Source: the human T2T-CHM13v2.0 reference genome, Homo sapiens. Taken from it: 64,000 nt of DNA. The stretch lies in NCBI RefSeq assembly GCF_009914755.1, contig NC_060925.1; one strand, 5' to 3'. Positions 27,741 through 44,189 of the stretch are shown here, piece after piece. The notes under the pieces were generated by a model. It saw only the letters and a program-made list of their open reading frames with translations. It had not been told where the DNA came from and made no database searches. The position numbers were made by a program, and so were the translations under genes. Position 1 is the stretch's first letter; each line of letters starts with the position of its first letter.

Positions 27741-29184
27741 TATACACAAATGAGCATTACTGAATGAGGAATGTTTCAAATATGTGAGTGGATTTAAATA
27801 AAGAGAGACAAAGGTTTCATTACTGAAACGCTTTGTAATTATTAAACCCTTCTCCTGGTTCTCCTCTACAGAGCTGTTTCATCTAGCTTTTATAATATAG
27901 CCCTTACCATCCTCCTTCTTTCTTGTCTCCTTAAAAAGATCTCAACCACTTCACTGGCCTTATTCACAAGGAATTTAATTCCCAAATTTACATTTCTAAT
28001 CCTAATCTTTATGTTAGTTTTTCAAAAGCATGAGAAATCTCTACTAAGATGTCTCAGGATCACCTCAGTCTTACCAACAAACAAAATAAAATAACAGCTA
28101 AAATTGATTGTATCATCTTCCCCAAGGGTGGTTACCCCTCTTAACTTTCCTACTTCAATGATGCCATCATTTTCTTAACCTCCTTAACTCACAATTCAGG
28201 AATACTAATTTCTCCTCATCTCTTGCCCTTCATTTGTAAATAGTATTAAGTCCTATAGAGTTTTCTTTCACAATGTCTCCTGCATTTGTTCACTTTATTT
28301 CCAACATTACCTTCTACTTCATTCTGAACATTACTGTTAAGAGCTATTTGCCTAATCATCATTTTAATTAACACCATTACCTTTGAAAAACCTTCTCCAT
28401 CTTACAAATAAGTGAAGGTAAAATTCTTACCTAGTATTCATGACAACTGTGTTGCAGTAACTTTATTACTCTTATTTCCTACTATTCTTTTACAAAAATT
28501 CTCCAATTTGGTCAAACTAGGTGTAGGATATTTTACTAAACTCAGGGTTTTCAGAACACACAGTCTAGTTTAACTGATTATTCCCACCCTTCTTGAGCAA
28601 CTAGTCTGAGATAATTTTCTCAACACTACATTCTTATTTTTAAAAAGTCAGTATCTATTCAATATGTAAGGCATTTATATTTAAGTCTCATAAGTTATCT
28701 CCAGCTCTGGTCAAAATAGTTTTTAAACTTTAAATGTTTAGTTACAAGTTACTTAAAGAAAAGTACTACATTTATAGATCTCTGTATCTCTTATTGTACC
28801 AGAAGAATGCCTTATGTGAGGAAAACACATTTAAAAAATAAATCTTATGGACTAGCCTATTAATCTAACCTCTCTTTGTAATATTATTTCAAAGAGAAAA
28901 CGTGAAGTCCTCTGATGAGCCAATGGCGAGAAGGAAGGTTCCTACTCTAACGGCGGTGAGAAGATGTCCTTGCTCTAAAAGAGTTTCTGATGAAAGGGAT
29001 ATTTCATAGCAAAAGAGAGAGGAGGTGGAGTTCAAGAGCCATTAGAAGTGACTTCGTAAAAGGTTTTATATACTGCAGTGTTTGTTTTGTATTAAAACTG
29101 TTCATTTGTCCCAGGAAACATTTAAAGTGCTATATGTCATGAGGTCCTATAATCTTGTTTGAGCATTACCTCATTTTTCAAAAG

Positions 29185-29381
29185 AAGGTTGAGTATTCCT
29201 AATCTGAAAATCCAAAATCTGAAATGCCTCCAAATCTGGAACTTTTTGAGTACTGACAAGATGCTTAAATTTTTGGATTAGGGATGCTGAACTGTTAAGT
29301 ATAACGCAAACTTCCCAAAATCCAAAAGAAATCCAAAATACTTCCGGTCCCAAGCATTTTGAATAAGGAATACTCAATCTG
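29185..29381 (+). mobile_element. Tigger4/MER46 (Zombi)-type non-autonomous DNA transposon
   Basis: Terminal inverted repeats aggttgagtattcct / ggaatactcaatctg, and gaaaatccaaaatctgaaatg. Confidence 0.8.
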
Positions 29382-30168
29382 TAAACTAAACTCAAAAAAT
29401 GAAAATAACTCAGTCTTCTGACCTTTATAAACTTGGATATTGTATCTCACAGAGTTAACTTTGAAGTGGTAAGAAAGTTGAACAGGGAATATATATTTTA
29501 CTTTTTCCCTTTGGGTATTTGCCAATCTGCTATCTATTACTCCATTTCTAAATAAAAAGTAGGGTTAATAACAGCTTTCATGCAAAGTGACTTCCTCGTA
29601 TTTCTGATTTCTGCATATTTCGTTTGAATGTGAAAAGTGTATAGTGAGTGTTTTGTGGCATCATATAAAACTTTCATCTTCACCCTTTCTATTAACCCTT
29701 TCTACAAAGCCCACATTGAAAGCTTCCTTCCATTACTAGCACCACTTCCCATTCCAGCTGAACTCATCATGCCAGACACTTGAAAAAATCAGTAGTCTAG
29801 TATCACAGGTTTTGACTCTGTCTTCTGAAGTCATTTTCAGCTCCTCCTTACATATATATTTGATAACATAAAAATGGAATCACAAATATCAAGTCATAAT
29901 TTTTGATATTATAAACTTGGTTAAACATTAAAATGGATTTTGCTTCAGAAATGCAGACTTGATGATATAGATATAAATTAATGAACCAATAACTGTACTG
30001 TCTAGAACCCAAATAAATTTCCACAATCTGCATATTCCCTTTATATGCACTGAATAGAAACATTATAAGCATTAAGAGCTCTTAATGGAAAAACATTTGA
30101 ACCAAAATATGCATACAGGAATTAAAATTCCCTACAAATGACTGATCTATAAATATATGATGAAACTA

Positions 30169-30520
30169 TAGGCTGGGTATCCTTTACATGAAATGCTTGA
30201 GACCAAAAGTATTTTGGATTTCAGGTTTTTTTTTTAAATTTTGGAATACCTGAATATACATAATGAGATTATCTTGGGGATGGGACCCAAGACAAAACAC
30301 AAAATTTGTGTTTTATATACATCTTATAAACATAGCCTGAAGGTTAACTTTTTACAATGTTTTATAATAATTTCTTGTGTATGAAACAACATTTTGACTG
30401 TGACCCATCACAAAGTCATGTCTAAAATTTTCTACTTGTGGTGTCACGTCAGCACTCATAAAGTTTCACGTTTTGAAGCATTTCAGATTTCAGATTTTCA
30501 GATTAGGAATGCTCAACCTG
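30169..30520 (-). mobile_element. Tigger4/MER46-type element, inverted relative to 29185-29381
   Basis: Ends in catttcagatttcagattttcagattaggaatgctcaacctg, with TA flanks. Confidence 0.8.
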
Positions 30521-31257
30521 TATTTGTTTTGATATAAATTAAACACCTACCATTTGCCAAAATGGATTTCAAAAGTTAAATAAATATAAAAAGTTAAGTT
30601 ACCTATTTTTACTTGGAAATACAGTCTTCATTAGATTCTACTTTCCCCATGTATTATTAAAATATGAAATTTTTTTACCAGCACCAGAATAATCGTTTAA
30701 TAAATGAATATGAAGGTTACTAAGATGAATATTCCAAACTAAATCCCAAGAGCTTAAGAAAGAGCTGATAAAACTAAAATGTAACCATTTAAGGTTTTAA
30801 AAATGCCATGTGTGAATTAATCTGGTATAATCATGATACAAGATAACAGTACAGTATCTTTAGCTTCTAAGTTTTTTTTGCAGGCCTTCCATTTCTTAAA
30901 ATACTCACAAATACAGGACTTTTGGTCTTAGAAAGAAACATCCATAGGTAGCAGATGAATTCCAACTTTGACTCTGAAGGTGGTAACATTTTCTTAGAAA
31001 GTAATAATAATCAGATTTCAATGAAGCTGTGTTAAATGCTGGTATGGGACATTTGTTAGAGTTAGGGAACAGAGGAATGTAACAGAAAACACAGTAGAAC
31101 ACAACAGATCAGTAATAAAACTGTGCTTTTCAGAGTAACTTATTTATCACATCTGACAAATGAGATAAAAACCATTATTAGTAGCCACCTGGAATTCATA
31201 CCAACTTGGCCACATACTCACAATCATCCACAAAAAAACGTTTAAAAGAGCACTCAC

Positions 31258-31382
31258 CACTGAATTATTTCTGTGATTTGGGCTTCCCAATGTGCAACTG
31301 ATTCTTTCTTGTCTGCTAGATCTTTAACCTCTTCTTCTAACTGCTGGTTGTGTATACTTAAGTTCTCATACAAAGTAGTAAG
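31258..31382 (-). CDS. CDC42BPA: CDC42BPA coding exon (125 nt, phase 0-2): [41 protein letters not shown](W)
   Basis: Acceptor ctatctttcAG|CTT, donor CAGTG|GTgagt. 41 codons + 2 nt. Confidence 0.96.
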
Positions 31383-31773
31383 CTGAAAGATAGTTTTAAG
31401 ACATGCATGACTTTTAGGACCAAGAATTCGAGGTGTTCAGACAGGTATTGTCAAATTTGATTACTCAACATCATCTACCCAAAAATGCCTGTCTTATTAT
31501 AATAATCCCTTTTGCTCACTGAATTTGGATATCAAGTACTCTGAATTCTCCTGCTACCTTTGCTTTTCCCTTACAACCTACAGTGACTTGGTTCTGTGAA
31601 CATTCTCTACTTGGCTTAAGAATTGCCCATTTCTGTTGGTAATAGCTTTTTTTTTTCTCCAAAAATGTCTTTATGTCATTTTTTCTTTAAAATAGCATGT
31701 AATTTCAAGCATATACAGAAAAGGAAAATAAAAATGAATTCCCATGAGCCCCACTACCTAATTTCAACAATGA

Positions 31774-32118
<345 letters not shown>

Positions 32119-32296
32119 TATACGCCTGTTCTCTTATCCCCTCCTCCTGTACTATTCGGGAACAAATACTAGACATCATACAATGTTATCCATACATATC
32201 ACTGTATGTATCTCTAAAGAATAAGGATCTCTCTTTTAAAATATAACCACGATAGCATCATACTACAAATTTCACAAATTTCCTAATATCACATAA

Positions 32297-32711
<415 letters not shown>

Positions 32712-32797
32712 CGATACATCTTTTAAGTCTATTTTATTTATAGGTTCCCCTGCAACACCTTTATTTTTCTTTTGACTTGAAGAATGCAGGTTGTCCT

Positions 32798-34560
<1,763 letters not shown>

Positions 34561-34603
34561 CACAGAAGCAAAAAGTTCTTGCTTTAAGTTTTTAGAAAAT
34601 TCA

Positions 34604-34949
<346 letters not shown>

Positions 34950-35125
34950 TCAGAGCTACATTTTTTTCTGATAAATGGTCTCACCTGCTATTTATTACCA
35001 CTCCTTTCTTCCTTTTTTGTATGTTTGTAGAGATACCGTGCTAGTTTCTTCTTGATTACTCAACTTTGATGAAGGTGAGTTGCTCCTAGAGGATCTATTT
35101 ACAGGTTTTTAGGGATAAAAGGGCC

Positions 35126-35615
35126 ATGTGATTGTCAACTTGACTGGTCCACAAGGTGCCTAGACATTGGGTCAAACATTATTCTGGGTAGGTCTGTGAG
35201 GGTGTCTCTGCGTAACACTTGAATTGGGAGAGTGAGAGAAGAACCCCCTCCCTAATGTATGTGAGCCCCATGTGATCAACTAAAGGCCTGAACAGAACAA
35301 AAAGGCTGAATGCACCAATAGTAGGGGGGAACATCAGCTGTGACATCAGCTTCTCCTGCCTTCAGACCTGAAACGAGGCAGAAGCTTTTCCTGAATGTTA
35401 AGCTTGCCAAGCTTTGGGACTGGAACTACAAAATATACTCTCCTGGGTCTCCAGCTTGCCCAATGCAGATCTCGGGACTTGTCAGCCTATATAATCACTT
35501 GAGCCAATTCCTTATAATCTCCCCTGCTCCCAACACACATACATATACCACCTCCCACCCCCCACATACACTCACTCTATTGGTTCTGTTTCTCTGTGGA
35601 ACCCTAACTAATACA
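35126..35615 (+). mobile_element. MLT2 (ERVL) solo LTR
   Basis: tgtcaacttgactgg...gtcaaacattattctgggt...ctattggttctgtttctctgtggaaccctaactaataca. Confidence 0.8.
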
Positions 35616-35637
35616 GGCCACAACCATGTTCTAAGTC

Positions 35638-35833
35638 AAGGGTCTGCAAACTTTTCCAGTAAAGAACCAGATGCAAGTATTTTCACCTCTGTGGGCCACA
35701 TAAAATCTCACATCATCGTCATCTTCTTTTTAAAAATAGCCATTTAAAAATGTAAAGATCATTTTTATTCTGTGGGTCAGACAAAAACAATCTGGGAGCT
35801 AGATTTGGCCAGAGGCCATAGTTTGCCAACTCT
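35638..35833. mobile_element. MER58-like hAT element
   Basis: Termini aagggtctgcaaact / agtttgccaactc. Confidence 0.7.
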
Positions 35834-36179
35834 CAATTCTAAGCTATTAGGAATTCTACTGATGACACAGGATTTTATTGGTGTGCATTTTGAACCTGTA
35901 TTTCTGTGCAGAGATAGGCAATTTTGGCACAAATCACAAAGCAAAGTTTCATTTCTTCCCCTCTGGCAAAACAACAACAACAAATTGTTTTATGCATATA
36001 GAGTTTGTCTGTAATACCCCATTTAATCCTACCTCCAACCTCCTTGTCTTCCCAAAAGGAAATGAGATCCAGGGAAGCTATCACTCACTGCTGGCACACA
36101 CTGATTTGCCTATTGCAAACAAGAGATTTAAGTTTGTACCTTAGGGTGTGCCATTTGCCTCTGAAAATATAGTTTACCA

Positions 36180-38230
36180 GTTTTTTTTCACACTTTTACT
36201 GAGGTATAATTTATATAACATAAAATTCACCCATTATAAGTGTATACTTGAATGATTTTTAGCAAACTTCAACAGTTGTACAGTGATTGCTACAATCCAG
36301 TTTTGGAACACTTCTAATACTCAAGAAATATCCCCATGCCTATTTATAATTGATCTTGGTCCGCACTCTGATTTCTCTAGGCATCACTGACCTGCTTTCT
36401 GTTTCTGTAGAAACATTTTCTGAAATCTTCTATCAATGAAATAACAGAATATGCAGTCTTTTGTATTGGACTTCTTTCACTTAGATTATTGAAGTTGAAC
36501 CTCAATACTGTTGCATGCATCAGAATTTCACTCCTTTTTACTGCTGAGTGGTATTCTAGTATATGGGTATGATATGCTTTGTTTATCATGCACCATTGAT
36601 AAACATTTGTACTGTTTCCAGTTGTTTACTATTATGAGAATATTATGCTATGAAAATTCATATGTAAGTCTTAAGGGGACTATGCTTTCAATTCTTTTCA
36701 GTAAATAGGAGAATTGCCAGGTTGTATGGTAAGTATATGTTTAACTTTTTGAGAATTTTTGGAACTATTTTCTACAAGTGCTATGCCATTTTATACTCCT
36801 ATGAGCAGTGTGTAAGTTCTAGTTCCTCCATATCATCATCAATAGTTGATACGGTCACGCCAATTGATTACAGCCATTCTCGAGGGTATACAGCAGTATC
36901 TTGCTGTGGTTTTAAGTGGCATTCTCCTAATGACGATCATCTTTTCATGTGCTTATTTGTTATTCATGTATCATCTTTCATGAAATGTCTATTCGGCTTT
37001 GTTACCCATTAAAACACTGAGTTGTTTATATTTTAAGAGGTTTTTTTTTCCTTTTTTTTTTTTTGAGACAGGGTCAAACTCTGGGTAGTGGTGTCATCTC
37101 CACTCACTGCAGCCTTGACTTCCTGGACTCACATAAATCCTCCCGTTTTAGCCTTCCAGGTAACTGGGACTACAGGCATGCACCACCTCACCCAGCTAAT
37201 ATTTAAAAAAGATTTTGTGTAGAGATAAGGTCTCACCATATTTCCCAGATTGGTTTTGAACTCCTGGGCTTAAGTGATCCTCATGCCTTAGACTCCCAAA
37301 GTGCTGGGATTATAGGTATGAACCACCACGTCCACCTTAAGAGTTCTTTACATATTATGAATACAAGTCTTTTTTCAGATAAATGATTTGGAAATATTTC
37401 CTCCCCATCTGTGCACGTCTTTTCATTTTCTTAATGTTCTTTTTAAATTTTGATGCTCAATTTATCATTACTCTTCTCTCATGCACTGTGCTTTTAATGT
37501 CATTATCTTGACATTTTTAACCCTGAATCACAAAGACTTTCTCCTATGCTTACCTTTTATATTTCAGATTGTGATCCACTTTGAGTTAATTTTTGTATAA
37601 GGTATGAGGTAAGGATCCAAGTTCATTTTTTCTCACATATGGATATCCAATTGTTCCAGTACTATATGAAAAGATTATCCTTTTTCCATTGAATTGCCTT
37701 GGCACTTATGCAGAAAATCAACTGACCATAAATGTAAGAACTTATTTTTGGACTCTTCGTTTCATTATGCCAGTACTACATGTTTTTGATTACTGCATTT
37801 TTATAGCAAGTATTAAAATTACATAGTGTTAATCCTCCGACTTCTAACTTTACTCAAAATATCTGAACTATTCTTGGTCTTTTCTATTCCTCTATAAGTT
37901 TAAGGGTAAGCTTGTGAATTCCAACAAAAAGCCTACCAGAATTTTGATAGGGATGTCCCAAAACCTATAGATCAATTTGGGGAGAATTGCTATCCCAACA
38001 ATATTGAGTCTTCCAATCCATTAACATAGTTTATCTCTCCATTTGTTCAGATAGTCCTTAATTTATCTTAGCAGTATTCTGTAGCTGTCATCTTCCTCTG
38101 GTTAACTCCAAGACTTCTGAAATGATTGTTTTTGACAATTGCATTTGCTTTTTAGTATTTTTTTAGAAGATTAATCAATTTCTTCATATTAGCATAGCCA
38201 GAAGTCTATCAGCTGTTTTTGAGAGTTGTA
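36180..38230 (-). mobile_element. L1M 3' region, interrupted by an Alu
   Basis: gaggtataatttatataacataaaattcaccc; catcttttcatgtgcttattt; gatccactttgagttaatttttgtataaggt. Confidence 0.85.
37041..37336 (-). mobile_element. Alu (AluJ-like)
   Basis: Diverged reverse dimer flanked by ttaagag. Confidence 0.9.
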
Positions 38231-38464
38231 TGTGCAGCATCTTCTCTTACATTAATTCCTGCACTAATATCCATTTTGGATTACCATTATTTTTTATAGC
38301 CCTTCCACATTTGTGGTTGGGGTTTCAGTTGGAGATTTGCAAGAGAAGGAGGAAAATGCAAACTCTGCACTGTCATATTACAACAGTGACAAGCAGTTTT
38401 CAATAGATTGCTTAATGTATGTGGAATCGGTTAGAAAAAAGTTAATCTTTGCATTATTACCAAA

Positions 38465-38680
38465 TAAAAGCATGGACTCCGGAGCCCGACTACCTGTACT
38501 CAAATCCTACTTCTTATTCTTGTGATTGGGAAAGTAGTTTAACCCTTCTTTGACTTAGTTTCCTGATCTATAAAATGGCAAGAACAAAAGGGTACACCTT
38601 AGAGAGTTATTGTGAAAATTAAATGAGTTATATGAAGTAATTCCAAAGATGACCTGCACATAGTAAATTTTAAGTATTAG
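38465..38680 (+). mobile_element. MIR
   Basis: agcatggactccggagcccgactacctg...gttattgtgaaaattaaatgagtta. Confidence 0.7.
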
Positions 38681-39031
38681 TTCATTTTTCATGTTTGAAA
38701 ATGAGGTTTTACTATTTGTACATTGACACATTTGACTTATAAGAAGACTACATAGGAATACGAAAAAATGCTCTTAACATTTTAAGTGAAAAGGCAGATT
38801 AGTAAGTGGATTGTATACATGATTGCAATTATGTAATAATAAGGATATACCTGGAAAGGAACATACAAAATTAAAATACCTGTTTTGTGGTGATCACATT
38901 ATGGGTAACTTTCATGTTAAATATTTTCCACATTTTTTGAAAATATTTTAAAAACAAAACAAGTTTTAAAAACAAATTACAACTTTTCTTACTGTAAACA
39001 ATTAATTTTACTCACTGGCATAAATGGCTGA

Positions 39032-39448
<417 letters not shown>

Positions 39449-40862
39449 TAATTTTTAAAAATTTATTTAAACGTTTTTATTTTTGGAATTTAAAAACGTG
39501 AAAATCTGTAATATGTACCTTTCAAAATTAACCTAATAATTGCTTTCTGACTTCTAGATCTGTAATTCTGTCAAGAAGAGATCCAGTTCTCTTCAAGCTG
39601 GTTCCCAATGGAACAGTTGGTGTAGCAATGGCAAATGCTTCTGTGGTCATCCTTGGGGAAACTACCCACTTCTAACCAAATTGGAAAATGAATAAATGGA
39701 AAGTGAAGATGTACAGTGAAGTTCAGCTTATCACTACTGAGACAGACAGAATTAAAAAGGGAAAGGTAGACTGAGAATTAGGAAGAGAGAGATGCAAAAA
39801 TTGAACAAAAGTTTGAGAAACAGAGCAGAGGTTCAAATGGAAATAGAGATTCCAGATCTCTCCCATTTCTTCAGGAATAAATACTGCCCTGTAACCACTG
39901 GACATTAAATATTTACCTACCATATGAATTTGCTCTTAAGGTGCTACTCATATCCTACCTATCTTTCAATTTAGCAAGAATGGGTAATTCCGTTTTTTTT
40001 TTTTTTTTTTTTTTTTAAAAACAAACTATCCTTCAGGCCTCATCAAGGAGGCTTCATTACATATACTAGGCCTAAGTATGTCCATTTCTCATGGATGTAT
40101 TAGACTGCAACACAATTTTAATCAAATGAGAAGTTTTGAAAAATTCTCTCTAAATATGTATTTTGGATAAACTCAGCAGAAATGTATGGCTAACAATGAA
40201 ATTAAACCAATAATTGAATGCAAAAATTTGATCTACATTCAAGTTATTTTCCAATACAATTTTTCTTAAAATGTAATAACATCTTTTAGTAGGTAACTCA
40301 ACAGAATCTTAAAATTCTGTCTTATAGGACAAAATGACATTAAATTTTGTAATCAAATTAGTCAACACATGAAATAACAATTATTGACCTGCTTGGATAA
40401 AGTTCAAATATTGTTAGTCTTATTTCAATGGAAATAACTGTTAAAGTTCATGCACTATTCATGGCTTAAAAAATCAATTTATATTACTTACTGTTCAGCC
40501 ACTTCCTACAATGTTTGTGTATGTTAGCTTTACAAGACTTTATGATGTGAACAGTATTCTTTCTCAAGTAGTTTTCAACTAGTCATTTTTTAAAGGCTTA
40601 GAAAACAAGCAGTCATTTAAAAAATGTTTTAAATACTTATTTAGCATTTTAAATGCTGAATAATCATGGGGAAAATAGTGAGAAATACAGAGCTATACAG
40701 AAAACAAAAGGAAGAGTCTCTATTTTACAAGTCAAGGTCTTTCAGTCTGTTATTGGAATAACTAATAATTGAACATAATATTTTTATTGGAGGAAAATAC
40801 TAGATATCATTATAAAATACAATTAACCAGCCCTTATTATTTAAATTTAAGTAGAATTATTA

Positions 40863-41199
<337 letters not shown>

Positions 41200-41604
41200 T
41201 TAATATTAGGATTTTTACAACTGCTTGCTAGGAATTAGCACAAGAAATGCAGAATGGTGGGAAGTTGGGAAATTTGAGATACTAAGTGGGAAAAAAATTC
41301 CTTTAAGTATTTGAAATTTTGTTCATGAATATGGCTACTTCTCAGTTCAATACATGATTCTGTATGCAAGCTAGAAATCAGGCTGAGATGGTTTCTTTAG
41401 ATATCACCTACCCCTGGTATCATTTCTAGCTTTACTAGTTCTTCTTTGTGAATATGAATCAGCTGTTACAATTTCTCCAGGTTTGGCCTAATTGTCCCTG
41501 TTCTTGCCAAGGGACAGCCTTAACTTGGCCTGAACTTATTAGCCATCCGTGACGGGGTAAACGATGAATATATGAAAAAAAAGAGTAAGAAAGAGAACAG
41601 ATGG

Positions 41605-41990
41605 TGATATGACTTCAATGTCTGTCTCCTTCGAATCTCAGGTTGAAATGTGATTCCCAGTGTTGGAGGTGGGGCCTGGGGGGAGGTGACTGGATCAGGA
41701 GGGCAGGCCCCTCATGAATGGTTTAGCATCATCCCCTTGGTGATAAGTGAGTTCTCACTGAGATCCGGTTGTTCAAAAGTGTGTGCACCTCCCCAGTCTC
41801 TCTCTTGCTCCCTCCCTTGCCCTTGCACCTTCTGCCATGATTGGAAGCTTCCTGAGACTCTCACCAGAAGTAGATGCTGGCACCACACTTCCTGTACAAC
41901 CTGCAGAACCATAAGCCAAAATAAATCTATTTTATTTGTAAATTACCCAGTCTCAGGTATTCCTTTATAGTAACCCCAAAATGGACTAAT
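41605..41990. mobile_element. MST (MaLR) solo LTR
   Basis: tgatatg...ttcccagtgttggaggtggggcctgg...aattacccagtctcaggtattcctttatag...aatggactaat. Confidence 0.85.
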
Positions 41991-42250
41991 TGGATGGAGA
42001 GTGAAATAAATAAGAGGCTCAAAAAAATATATGGGACAAAGAATAAAAGGAGATAAGCAAAACTCTCTCTTCAGAAGACTCCTATCAGATTATTATAACA
42101 AAGAATTGCATATATCATAGAAGCAACATAACTCAGGAGAAAGACTATTAAACAAAAATGTATGTCAAATATAAAGTTATACCCACAATTCCTATCAGTG
42201 TTGAACATCTAGCATGTACTACTCAATTAATATGAGATTAAATCACTCAC

Positions 42251-42356
42251 CTTATCAAGTTCACTCGTCAGCTTTTTATTTTCTTCAGTTAACAACACTT
42301 TTTCTCGTTCATATTGTTGTTTGAACTCACTTTCAAATTCCTCCCTTTCACTTTGA
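42251..42356 (-). CDS. CDC42BPA: CDC42BPA coding exon (106 nt, phase 2-0): (S)QSEREEFESEFKQQYEREKVLLTEENKKLTSELDK
   Basis: Acceptor tgtgttAG|T, donor AAG|GTgagt. Phase matches the previous exon. Confidence 0.97.
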
Positions 42357-43059
42357 CTAACACAATTCAAAACACAAAAGGAAAAAGGGGAATTAAAGGT
42401 CATTTGAAAACTTGAAATTATTTTTCCAATAGTTACATAAAACACAAAATATCAGATTGAACTGCAGAAATGTTGTCCCCATAGAATACAGCTTGTTTAT
42501 ATATAATGACAGGCCTGGTGAAAGCATGTTCCAGGAATTTATATTACAATAATACTGATTTGTTCATTCATTTACCAACTATTTATGGAGTGCTTACTAG
42601 GTGCCAAGGAATTGTTGCAGGTCTTGACAGCTACTGCTCTCACAGAGCTTATATTCTGGTAGAGGCAGACTGCCAATGAAGAGTGAGTAAAATGAACTAA
42701 TTTCAGATAATAAGTTCTAAATTGTATATATATGGCAATGCAAAAAGTATTTGGGAGAGGGTGGCTACTTTAGATTATATAGTCAGAGAACGTACATCAA
42801 GGTTGATAATGGACCAAAATGAAAATAATAATTGCCATTTGCTTCACATGCATTACGTTCTATCCAAAGGCAAATTAGTTTGAGACCAAATTAGATACTT
42901 TTCTTTGTGTATTTCCACCACAATATTCTTACAAAATACAAAGTTGCTGGGCCCTTATTTAGTATTAGGCCAGAGCCACTTCCTAGTGTTATCAATTTGA
43001 TTAACAATAGTATTCCAAACATTTTGTTCATAATTAGAATTTATGAGTTCAGAAATTTT

Positions 43060-43690
43060 AAAAAATTTACTTCGAAATAATTTCATTATTATTAGCAAAG
43101 TTACAAGAATAGTACAAAGAATTTTTGTATACTCTTAACCCAGATTCCCCAATTGTAAATATTTTACTGCATTTTCTCTATTATTGTGTATATACCGATT
43201 TTATTAGTGTTCTTCAGAACCACTGAGAGGCAGCTAGCTGCAGATATTATGCCCTATTACCCCTAAATACTCCAGTGTGTATCTTTCAAAGTCAAGGACA
43301 CTCTACCATAATCACGAAGCAATCCTCTCAATTTAAAAAAATCAACATTACTAGAACACTTACCATCTGAATTCACAGACACAATTCAAGTTATCCCTAC
43401 CATGTCTCCTTTTCTTATGAAGCCCAGGATCCAACTGAGAAACATGTGTTGCATTTAGTAGTCATGTCTCTTCAATTTTCCTTGGTCTAGAACAGTTCCT
43501 CAGTCTTCCCTATCTCTCACAACAGTTTTATAATGTATAGGTCTCTAATTATGTACAGTGACACTCAACCTGGGGCCATCTGATGTTTATGACTAGTCTC
43601 AAAGAATTCATTTTTGGCTGGAATACCACAAGAACAATGTTTCTCAGTGCATCCCATCAGAAGGTGCAAAATGTTGATCTGCACAACACT
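43060..43690 (-). mobile_element. L1MC-like 3' end
   Basis: aaagttacaagaatagtacaaagaa...acccagattccccaattgt...cctaaatactccagtgtgtat. Confidence 0.7.
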
Positions 43691-43751
43691 GACCAAACCT
43701 CTTAGGCTAAGGGTGTGGATTCAGAATGAGTGCAGTCCCCAAGACATGAGA

Positions 43752-44189
43752 TGTGAGAAAGAAAAGAAACTTTTTATGAGAAATGCGAGCCCCTTTAAAT
43801 TAGCAGGGCCAGACAGGCACTGAAATGTGACTGCAGTCACATCTTATTCTCCCAGTTGAGCTAAGTAATCTACCAGCTATGTGGACTCCAGACTGAGTGT
43901 CACCAATAGCTATAAATTAACCCAACAATGCCATATTCTGGACACCATAACTCATACCCTATAGTTCAACAATGTACAGCCAATCATTAATCAATGTTAT
44001 TTCTGCAAACCAGTGAGAACTCCTGACCAAAGACTTTTGTATGTTCCCTCTCCTGATTTTTCTTTAAAAACCTGAGCCTCTTTTTTGTTCTCTGGAGCAC
44101 TTCTCTGTGTTTCCTGGGCTGCAGTCCTCAACCTTGGCCCAAATAAACTCTATATTAATTTTGTCTCAGTTTCTGTCTTTTGGACAACA
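43752..44189 (+). mobile_element. ERV1-class solo LTR (copy 1), subfamily unresolved
   Basis: TG...CA termini, CCAAT and AATAAA present, homologous along its length to 44542-44996. Confidence 0.75.

Noticed and set aside
28905-28950. Hammerhead-ribozyme-like core: CTGATGA, GCCAATGGC hairpin, GAGA, aggaaggttcct hairpin
   Set aside because: The core reads GAGA rather than GAAA, no stem I pairing can be found on either side, and it is antisense to the host transcript.
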